A stretch of DNA of 64,000 nt from a virus (Duplodnaviria > Caudoviricetes), in the IMG/VR virus record IMGVR_UViG_2881871051_000001, positions 27,638 through 91,637 of that record, one strand, 5' to 3'. The notes below the pieces were generated by a model that did no database searches, had not been told where the DNA came from, and saw only the letters and a program-made list of their open reading frames with translations. Of this stretch, positions 51,655-60,356 are shown piece by piece. Each line of letters starts with the position of its first letter. Position 1 is the first letter of the stretch. Position numbers and translations under genes: made by a program.

Positions 51655-52116
51655 ATGAGAATCAAAGCGAAAAAAACATTCATCACTTTGGCTTCTGTAA
51701 TATCCTTGGTAGCCACATTGCCGACAACTGGTTTTGCTGCCCCTGTAAGTGCTGAAAATTATGCAAAGGCAATAGCTCTGCCCGGCTTCGGCGACGTTTC
51801 CATTCAACAAATCCTGTTGAGTGAAAGTGGATATTTACCTTATGACGGTGAAGTTGAATACACTTTTGATTATGAGACTACCTATGGAAATACTATCCGT
51901 TACTATCTGTCTGATGATGAAAATGTTGGATTGACAATTAAGATTTATGATGCAAGCAATTCGTTAGTAGCTTCCGGTCATACTGAGTCGGGCAATAGTT
52001 GGCAAGTTTTGAATACCTTCACCCCAGCTTCATCGAATCAAACCTATACAGTAAGAATAGTTTCCGATGATGGTGATGGTTTCTATGGCTACAGTGTTGC
52101 TGTAAGAGCATATTAA
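51655..52116 (+). CDS. Secreted beta-rich protein
   Basis: Signal peptide, RBS, downstream hairpin. Confidence 0.7.
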   Translation: MRIKAKKTFITLASVISLVATLPTTGFAAPVSAENYAKAIALPGFGDVSIQQILLSESGYLPYDGEVEYTFDYETTYGNTIRYYLSDDENVGLTIKIYDASNSLVASGHTESGNSWQVLNTFTPASSNQTYTVRIVSDDGDGFYGYSVAVRAY

Positions 52117-52209
52117 TTAATAACTCCATATTGTTTAATAGTTTGAATTAGGTGCTCCAATATTCTAAGGGAATATTGGAGTACCTATACACTTCTAGGA
52201 GGGATAATC

Positions 52210-52917
52210 GTGAAAGAAAGATTGAAAGGTTTTATTATGGGAGCCTCGATTTGCAGTTTATTGTTTGGGTCAATTGCTTATGCTGCTGAAGAAACCCAAA
52301 TCCAAGTGTTTTTTAAAAAGCTCACTTATATATTTGACGGAGTTGAGATTGAAAGTGCCAATGAACCGGGTTTTATATACAATGGAACGACTTATGTGCC
52401 GATTCGTTTTGTAAGTGAAGCCCTTGGAAAGAAAGTCGAGTGGGATGGAGATAACGATACGATATGGATTGGGAAAAAGGTAGGGAATTTTGACTATCTT
52501 ACCGACCTCACTTACGCGCGAGCGGATGGATCAGCTAAAGATAAGGCCTTTTTTGATAATGTCCTTCACATAGCTGGCTCTCCATATATGAATAAGGGGA
52601 TCAAAGTTAAGTTACCTCAATCCGATACGCAGAGTGATCAATACGGTTCCATAGATTACAATTTAGAAGGGAAATATTCAACATTGACTGGAAAGATTGG
52701 CATTGATGATACAACAAAAAATAGTGACGCATCAGGTTCTTTCAAAATTATCGGAGACGGCAAAGAACTTTTTACAGTGGAGAATCTCAGAGGTGGTGAT
52801 CAAAGCAAAGAGGTCGAAGTAAATATTACTGGAGTTTCAAAATTGCAATTGGTTTTTTCAAGAGATGATAAAGATAGCTTGACAGTTGATTTCGTTGATG
52901 TAAAACTAATTCAGTAA
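52210..52917 (+). CDS. Stalk-domain plus NPCBM/NEW2 carbohydrate-binding protein
   Basis: GTTYVPIRFVSEALG; YNLEGKY...GIDD...DGKEL. Confidence 0.8.
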   Translation: MKERLKGFIMGASICSLLFGSIAYAAEETQIQVFFKKLTYIFDGVEIESANEPGFIYNGTTYVPIRFVSEALGKKVEWDGDNDTIWIGKKVGNFDYLTDLTYARADGSAKDKAFFDNVLHIAGSPYMNKGIKVKLPQSDTQSDQYGSIDYNLEGKYSTLTGKIGIDDTTKNSDASGSFKIIGDGKELFTVENLRGGDQSKEVEVNITGVSKLQLVFSRDDKDSLTVDFVDVKLIQ

Positions 52918-53261
52918 CCATTGCTCACTATTATTAAGTTAGTGAATGACGCTTTCGGCATTTCAATTATCACCCTATACAAGGTATTATATTTTCGTAA
53001 TAACCGTTCCTTGGTTTTGCGGCTGCTAGGTAAGAGAAGGTCTTCAAGAAACTATGCTGCTTTTTCCTAAAGTACGCCGCAGTCTGAGGGGAAAATGACA
53101 AATACTCGTATTGTAAACGTTATTGTTTAAGAATACAGCAGGTTTATTGTGATCAAACAGCGGTCTAGCACATTAGCATCAATACCAATAATCGCAAAAA
53201 ATTCTGCCGCGGCGCAAAAAATGGGAAATTCCTACCCGATAGTATAGCTGTCCTTTGAAGG

Positions 53262-53609
53262 ATGAATTTAACAAGGGAGCTGGTCTATATTCGTGAGAAT
53301 ATCCCAATAGTTGTTCCAATTCATTTTTTTGCATGGATAATAATAATTGTTTCTTTGGCTTTCGAGGATTTTAGTTGGTTTTTAATACCAAATGTAAATA
53401 ATACACCTGCATTTATTACCATTTCAAAATGGCTAACACAATCTTTAATGGTTACTAATTTAGTTGGCTATTTAATTCATAAATTGCTGATAAAGTGGAA
53501 ACTTTCCGATATAGATTGGAAGCTGTCGTCACATCTTATTTTTTCAATTGTTCATATCATTATAGTTGCTTTTCTCATTTTTCTAAATGCAGGGTTTGAA
53601 GATTTGTGA
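53262..53609 (+). CDS. Membrane protein, three TM helices
   Basis: Hydrophobic ORF. Confidence 0.5.
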   Translation: MNLTRELVYIRENIPIVVPIHFFAWIIIIVSLAFEDFSWFLIPNVNNTPAFITISKWLTQSLMVTNLVGYLIHKLLIKWKLSDIDWKLSSHLIFSIVHIIIVAFLIFLNAGFEDL

Positions 53610-54184
53610 GCATAAATCATCTCCAAAAAGGCCGAATTGTAAAAAATTAATAATGAAGGTAATGATGCAGGCAGAAAGCAAAATGGAAGTCGTTGAAATA
53701 ATTATTTGTTAATGTTTGTTTTTGTAAAATCAAGGATTAAGAATTGGAGCAATCATATTGCAAATTTGGTTCGATTCAACCGGACCTAATAGTATGGTTG
53801 AGTGGAAGCATCAAGTCACTGGAAAACATAAGCTTTTTAAAGCAGGATATTAGTTTTATGTTTTGAATTTTTAGTCTATTTGCTTCAATCTTAACCTGAA
53901 CAGTCTGATCACCACAAACTGTTTAGGTTATTTTAGTTTTTATAAAAAGAAGCTCCATAGCAATCGCCTAAACCGTATCCTGCCATGCTGCATTTTGTAC
54001 TCGATAACGGGGAATAGCAGACAGTCTTTTCAATATAAGAAGTCTCGATGAAGATACTCTTTTTACAAATATCTCTGGCCACGTAAGAGGGCTTTTCTCT
54101 GTATTTCGCGAAAATAGAATAGAGCCGATGTCAGCTTGTACAAATTAGTCGGAGCACACAAACGAAAATCAGGAGAGGTGAGCA

Positions 54185-56221
54185 ATGAAGGCCAATAGGA
54201 GAGCGAAAATCCTGGGACTCATAAATTCATTAGACTGGAGGAAAGAAATTCTACAGTATAAAGAAATTGTGGAGCGAGAGGTTGGGCATCCGTTCTCCCA
54301 TGCAGCTCTGCTTGCACTCCTGCGGGAAATGGATGAGAAGGGACAACGAAAGATGGCACAAACGCTGAACTTCTCGTTTGCCCAGCGCAGTTCAAAAAAA
54401 TGGCCGGAAGCCTTCTTTATCCAATCCGTGCGTACCCTGCTGAAGCAAATGAATAGTGACATCGATACCAAACGGCGGCTGGTGTTGGCTGTCATCCAGG
54501 AAGTGCAGCCACTTTTGGAAGGTTTGAATGAGTTGGATACTATGGTCAAAGAACAGCAGCGGCTCATTACGAAATTCGGCTGCTGGCATTATTATTGGGC
54601 ATTCTACTTTCATGACAGTCGTACCTCAGCTCCGCGGCAGTGGCAGGAATGCTAGGAAACGATTCAAGAGAGCGCCTCTGGTTGGGAACAGGCTTCAAAT
54701 GTGGAAATAGAGTTGTCCGTTTCATTTCAAGAAGAAGGTCATTCATTCAAAAGTAAGGACCGTTCTTCTATGAGAATCGCCGCATTGGAAAAGAAGCTAG
54801 CAAAAGAAATCGAACTGAGGCAAAAGCTGAGCCAGGAGTTGGAACAAAGCAAAAAGCAGCTTTTTGCAAAAGAGAAAGAGAAGAAACAAGTTGAAAATGA
54901 ATTGACGGAACAAGCCAAACAGGTTGAAAACAGCGAACGAAAAGTGAATGAGGGAATTAGGCAGCTTGAAATGAAAGAACAAATTTGGAGTACCGTGCAG
55001 CAAAAATGGAATGTGGAAAGAGAAAAGCTCAATAAACAAATCCGTGCTCAAGAGCAAGAAATTCGCAAGCTTGCCCAGCAAGTTGGGCAGCTTTCCAATA
55101 AAACCCGGCAACTTCGGACTATTGCGGCAGAATTCAAACATATCTGCCGCAATTCCAATGAACTGATCGGGGTGCTATGCAAAGCTTTGGATGAGGATAT
55201 CCGGCAGATCAGCTGTAATTGGATCGAGGAAGGGCGTACAGGAATCAACGGGCGCAAGCGAATGCAAGTGATCCTCCACTTGCTTGACGCGCTTGATGCC
55301 TACCGTCAACAAGAGGAACGGACTTCTGACGGCTTGTCTCTTTCGGTTGATGCGTCAATGGAGCCTTCTTCTCTGTCAGAGTTAACCGAGGCCGCGAAAG
55401 AGATAAACCAGACAAATGGAGTCTACACAGGAACCTTTTATCGTCGGGATCATGGCGGCTATATTCAACTGGAAAATGGAGAAGTCTTTAACATTACGGA
55501 ATCCTTGGTGAACAACCATCAGTTGGAGCACAAGGCTGAGGTACAATGTCGGCCTTACTTGCAGGACAATGGAGCGACTTTTTATGATATTGAGCTGCTG
55601 TTTCAAGGCGACGACGCTTACGCTCCCATTCGACAATATGTGGGGTATGTTCAATTGGGTGAGCACTACACCTGGTATTGTGTTGATCTCAATGATTCCA
55701 CTTGCCGGTTTCCTCTTCATCGCAAAGATATAGAGATTCAGCAGCCCGAGGACGGGATGCCCTGTACGTTCAACGTCTCGGAAGAAGGCGAGTTTGCCCG
55801 GTTGTCAAAAGTGTACCGGCAGTTTACGAAAACGGAAGAAGAGTTTGAGCTCGCTCGTACCGAAATGTCGAAAGCCCGAAGCAACAGCAGCGTTCCGGCT
55901 GCAAAGCCGTCAGCATTTCTGACTGGTTGTACGGTTGCTATCATTGGCGGACAGCGCAAGTGGTTTGAGGAAGTGGTAGCAGAATCGGGGGCTGTATTGG
56001 TTCATGATAACGGCGAGCACACGGAGCGCATTGCCGCCGACTTGCGGCGTTCCCAAGCCTTGTTTCTCCTGCTCACCGCAACCTCCCACCGTGCGACTTG
56101 GGGAGGAATTGAGATTGCCAAGGCCTGCGGCATGCCGCACTTCACGATCCAGGGGTCCAAGTCCAATTTGCGTAAGCAGCTATGGGACAATCGGGAGACC
56201 ATACGAGCAGGCTTGCAGTAG
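54185..56221 (+). pseudogene. Coiled-coil/OB-fold/DUF2325 protein interrupted by an in-frame TAG at 54653
   Basis: ORFs 54185 and 54701 share a frame with no other stop; C-terminal AIIGG...SH DUF2325-like domain. Confidence 0.6.
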
Positions 56222-56369
56222 CCACATCAAGACATTGGATTGCTCAGATTTGTGAATACGTTAAAGTGCATATGAAATAAAGGTGCAAGAGTAATAAATC
56301 ATACAGGTAACGGTCAGAAAAATGTATGCAAAAAATGCGAAATACATGATCGCCAATCCAAAGTAGCTG

Positions 56370-56558
56370 AATAGCAACGGTTTCAATCTGGTCGGAGGTG
56401 ATTGTCGCCCCTTTAGCTACATCTTTAACCATGCGGACAATTTCTGTTTGTTCACTGGCCATCCGATTCAACAGCGGAGCAATGCCGAAAGAAAGTACCA
56501 GGGAGAGCAGAATGCAAGCCGATCCCAGCAGGGTGCGATTACGGAAAAGCTTTTTCAA
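56370..56558 (-). pseudogene. cpaB: Truncated CpaB/RcpC (SAF domain) Flp assembly gene
   Basis: TM then VRMVKDVAKGATITSDQIETV, after which similarity stops. Confidence 0.65.
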
Positions 56559-56571
56559 ATGAGCAGCCTCC

Positions 56572-57018
56572 TTACCTATAAAATAGAAGCATAAGAAATG
56601 ACAAAACGCCGCCGGCGGATAAAAACGGAGCCAACGGCAACGCGGTTTGTTTGGCGGCTTGAAAGCCGTAACGAAGTCCGATACCAGCGGCAACAAGCAG
56701 CACCAGCGTTAAACCGATGAGGCTTTGCAGCGTGCCATGCACGGGTCCCAACACAGAGCCGCAAGCAGCCATCAGCTTGATGTCCCCACCGCCGATTTTG
56801 CCCTTAGAAAGCATGGCGGCCGTGAGGTAGGGCAAGCTGGTTACGAACAGCCCGGTACAAGCCCAAATGGGAGAACCATGCAAAAGCCCGGCAGCACCGA
56901 TCATGAGGGATAGACGATTCGGAATCTGCCGGGTTTTCAGGTCACAGATACTGGCGCAGGTCAGAAAGGCGGTAAACAGAATCCCTTGAAGAACCATCAT
57001 CAGCGGCAGGTTGTTCAC
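56572..57018 (-). CDS. cpaA: A24 prepilin peptidase
   Basis: DLKTRQIPN, GGGDIKL, PLAPFL. Confidence 0.88.
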   Translation of the reverse strand: MNNLPLMMVLQGILFTAFLTCASICDLKTRQIPNRLSLMIGAAGLLHGSPIWACTGLFVTSLPYLTAAMLSKGKIGGGDIKLMAACGSVLGPVHGTLQSLIGLTLVLLVAAGIGLRYGFQAAKQTALPLAPFLSAGGVLSFLMLLFYR

Positions 57019-57353
57019 GGCTTTTGCTCCGGCCAGGGCCACTCCTTCATGGCACGGTACGGATACACCTTTTGAGCCTTCATAAACCGCACCATAAACC
57101 GAACTTGATCCAGCACCGACAGGTTGTTGCGATCCTTGGTGGTCATCATCACCGAAGCGGACACGCCGGTAAGAAAGGTAACGACGGCCAAGGGGACGCT
57201 CCCCTTTACGAACCAGAGGAACAACGCCAACAGCACGGATGCGCTGGAGCCGATGAAGGTCTGGAGCAATTGCGGCTTGCCAAAGCCGGGAAACCATTCG
57301 GTATCCGGCTTCACGCCCATGGGGATGTATAGACTTTGTTCTTGGGTCATCAC
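57015..57353 (-). CDS. PrgI/VirB3-like membrane protein
   Basis: YIP motif, two TMs, QKVYPY. Confidence 0.55.
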   Translation of the reverse strand: MMTQEQSLYIPMGVKPDTEWFPGFGKPQLLQTFIGSSASVLLALFLWFVKGSVPLAVVTFLTGVSASVMMTTKDRNNLSVLDQVRFMVRFMKAQKVYPYRAMKEWPWPEQKP

Positions 57354-57540
57354 TGATTTTTAAGTCCTCCTTTTATTGGGGTTAACAACAAATCTGAAGG
57401 GTACTAAGCATGTTCTTGTTTTATGCTCGTGTATTCAATCGCGGCTTGATATAATAGAAGAAACTTGAAATCGGTTCGTGAAAAGAAACGTCTTATTCGA
57501 TTGGAAGAGTCAAGGACAGTTGAAGCTTGGAGGGGATGAT

Positions 57541-58800
57541 ATGTCGGATGGCTCCCATAAGCAATACCTGCTCATGCACAAGCACGTCCCTGTAGCCGAC
57601 ATTGAGCTAGATGAAGCAACCTGCTCGATTTCTGCCATTGGGCATGTTTATCATGAGCAGCATGCTCCTGTAGGAATACCGGTGAAACGGGGGCGGATCG
57701 ACCGCGCTGCCTTGAACGAATGGTGGAGAAGCCGCGCTATTCCCGCCAGCCGTGACGGGATTAAAGAAGCTTTGCTGGAGCTCAATCTCTCCACTACCCA
57801 AAAGCTGCTGGATAAGAGCTTGGGGCTGAGCTTATCTGACCAGTATTGGATTTGTCCCTCCGGCTCAGATGTAAACTGGTCCAAGGTGAATTTTTTTGAC
57901 AATCCTTTTTCTGATGATGTGGGAAATGTGCTGTTCGGCAAAGGCTCATCCAGCGAACGGATCAGCCTGATGTCGCCGGATAATACTTCTGACGGCTGGC
58001 TGAAAAAAAAGTGGGCGATCCTGGAAGGAAAGCGCTGCTTGATCAAAGGTGGAAGCGGGGCGACTCAACAGGAGCCTTATAACGAGGTGCTGGCTAGCAG
58101 GATCATGGAGCGGCTCGACATTCCCCATGTTCCCTATTCGCTATTGCTTCAGGACGACTATCCGTACAGCGTGTGCGAGAACTTCATCACCCCCCAAACT
58201 GAACTGGTTACGGCTTGGTATGTGATGCGGACGCAGACAAAGCCCAATCATGTCTCGATTTACCAGCATTATGTGAACTGTTGTAAGGCGCTAGGGATTC
58301 CCGGCATCGTTGATGCGCTTGATCGAATGATTGTCGTGGACTATCTCATTGCCAATGAGGATCGGCACCAAAACAATTTCGGCGTCGTTCGGAATGCGGA
58401 AACCTTGGAATGGCTCGGGCCTGCGCCCATTTATGACAGCGGCTCCTCCCTGTGGTTCTCCAAGCCGCTGGGGTTGATTTCCCCCACCGCCAAGCTGACC
58501 TGCAAGCCGTTCAAGCAGGATCACGAGGAGCAGCTTAAGCTGGTGACCAATGTGGACTGGCTCGATTTGGCGGCGCTGCAAGGCATAGACGAGGAGCTTC
58601 GAGAAATAGGGCGGGGCTCACTCTTTATGGATGCGTCCCGGTGCGACGCTCTGTGTACGGCCCTGTTGAAACGCATCGAGTTGTTGGCTGAGTTTATCCG
58701 TTCTCGAAGCTCCACGTTTTGGAGGGATGAACACAGTGCCGACGTAGCAGAAGATATTGCTTACAGCGGCATGCAGTCTGAGGAGGACTGGGAGCGATAA
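57541..58800 (+). CDS. HipA-like kinase domain protein
   Basis: DGWLKKKW, LIKG, NEVLAS, NEDRHQNN, APIYDSG. Confidence 0.8.
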   Translation: MSDGSHKQYLLMHKHVPVADIELDEATCSISAIGHVYHEQHAPVGIPVKRGRIDRAALNEWWRSRAIPASRDGIKEALLELNLSTTQKLLDKSLGLSLSDQYWICPSGSDVNWSKVNFFDNPFSDDVGNVLFGKGSSSERISLMSPDNTSDGWLKKKWAILEGKRCLIKGGSGATQQEPYNEVLASRIMERLDIPHVPYSLLLQDDYPYSVCENFITPQTELVTAWYVMRTQTKPNHVSIYQHYVNCCKALGIPGIVDALDRMIVVDYLIANEDRHQNNFGVVRNAETLEWLGPAPIYDSGSSLWFSKPLGLISPTAKLTCKPFKQDHEEQLKLVTNVDWLDLAALQGIDEELREIGRGSLFMDASRCDALCTALLKRIELLAEFIRSRSSTFWRDEHSADVAEDIAYSGMQSEEDWER

Positions 58801-58859
58801 TCGTTGCGGAAAATATAAGCCCTGTACATCCTATCATCAGGGATTGTGCAGGGCTTTTG

Positions 58860-59069
58860 CTACCGATAGTAAAAGAACAGGATCTCCTTCACCTGCCAAA
58901 TACTTTCGGCCAGCACGTAAAACAGCACCACATTCCGGGTTCGCTTCTTGTATTTCGATGCTTCTTCATCCGCGCCGGACAAGCGCACCATACCATACAG
59001 GAACCGGCAGACGCAGCCCAGGCGAATCAGGACAATGAGCGACTGAGCCAATTCCTCCAGCGTGACCAT
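58860..59069 (-). CDS. Small two-TM conjugation protein
   Basis: Pilin-like hairpin in the tra cluster. Confidence 0.6.
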   Translation of the reverse strand: MVTLEELAQSLIVLIRLGCVCRFLYGMVRLSGADEEASKYKKRTRNVVLFYVLAESIWQVKEILFFYYR

Positions 59070-59073
59070 CGCT

Positions 59074-59910
59074 TTACCCGGCCTTGGCCAGCTTGCGGGC
59101 CATGCCTACCAGCTTGACGCTGTGATACACGTTTTGTACCACGCCTCCGCCTCCCCCTGTGGTCAGCACAAAGTCGGCCAAAAAGCGCGGCGTCCGAATG
59201 GCCAGCATCATGCAGGCTAAGCCCCAAAACATATGGTTTTGCAGCATCAGCCCCACGCCCAACTTGGCTAAAGCGATTTGAATCACCACCGCCAACATGG
59301 ATTGCAGGAACTTTTGGGCATAGGCCCGGAAGACGCCTCGGTCGTTATCCAAAAGTCCGGCACAGGCCAAGGGAATGCCTACGCGCAAGATGAACATTTC
59401 CAATCCTCGCATGAGGAACTGAAAATACAGAATGAAAAAACAGACGATGAAGATCAGGCCAAACACAGCAGTCACCAATCCGGCGGATTCTAAAGCGTTC
59501 ATCCATGTTTGCCAGTTATAATTGATGGATTCACCGATGACGGAGAGCAACCGGTTTGTTAAATCCTCTACCATCAGCCCCAGCCAGGTATAAATGGTTG
59601 GAAAGCAAATCGCTACCGCCATCGCCCGAAAAAAGTTGGTCAGGAGAAACAGCGGCTCCTCATCCGGATCACCGTCGGTCCACAGTACGTAGATTTCAAA
59701 CCCCTTTTTCAAAAACTTCAAAATCATCCAGGCGACGCCGAAGGAAAACACGATCTCATACAGGTTCTCCAGCAAGTTTGCACCAGTGGATAGGGTCATG
59801 TATTTTTCCGCATACAAGGAAATCGGTACAATATCCTTCAGCAAGCTGTTCAGGTAAACCAACGAGCCATTTAGCAGCGCAATAATCAGTACAAGCAAAA
59901 TTTTCTCCAA
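59074..59910 (-). CDS. VirB6/TrbL-like conjugation membrane protein
   Basis: Multi-TM, RGLEMFILRVGIPLA. Confidence 0.7.
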   Translation of the reverse strand: MEKILLVLIIALLNGSLVYLNSLLKDIVPISLYAEKYMTLSTGANLLENLYEIVFSFGVAWMILKFLKKGFEIYVLWTDGDPDEEPLFLLTNFFRAMAVAICFPTIYTWLGLMVEDLTNRLLSVIGESINYNWQTWMNALESAGLVTAVFGLIFIVCFFILYFQFLMRGLEMFILRVGIPLACAGLLDNDRGVFRAYAQKFLQSMLAVVIQIALAKLGVGLMLQNHMFWGLACMMLAIRTPRFLADFVLTTGGGGGVVQNVYHSVKLVGMARKLAKAG

Positions 59911-59974
59911 AACACGCCTCTCCTTTCTGCGGAAAGCAGTGCTTGGACCGCTTCCCACTGAAGGCTTTTCGCTC

Positions 59975-60205
59975 TTACCTCCGGTAATTGAACATTTCCC
60001 TGATCCGTTCCGTAAGTGTAGGCAGAATGGTGCCGCTGAACAGCAGGTACAGTCCGCCAAGCAGCAGAGCTCCGATGACCACCGCCATCAAAATCTTCAC
60101 GGCGCTATCCACGAAGCCTTCCCCGCGGCGGTTGTTCAGCGCCAATTTTGCGGTTCTTGTCGCTTGCAATGCTTTTTCCTTAAGTGATTTCAGTCCTTTT
60201 TTCAT
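59975..60205 (-). CDS. Flp-like prepilin
   Basis: Basic leader, RGEGFVD, hydrophobic helix. Confidence 0.6.
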   Translation of the reverse strand: MKKGLKSLKEKALQATRTAKLALNNRRGEGFVDSAVKILMAVVIGALLLGGLYLLFSGTILPTLTERIREMFNYRR

Positions 60206-60265
60206 GTTCAATCCCTCCTGATTGGTTTGGAAATAAAAAAGAGCCAGTTGATGAGCAAGCCTGGC

Positions 60266-60356
60266 TTACTTGTAGTACCCGATGATGATATTGAGTGTAG
60301 CCGAACCGAGCACTGCCCCGATGCAGGAAACAATGGCGACAATAATTCGATTATTC
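60266..60356 (-). CDS. VirB2/TrbC-like pilin, exon 2
   Basis: Joins exon 1 in frame: KK-W-NNRIIVAIVSCIGAVLGS...YYK*. Confidence 0.75.

Noticed and set aside
54653-54655. Pyrrolysine recoding of the amber codon
   Set aside because: No pyl genes in the window; simple nonsense mutation is more parsimonious
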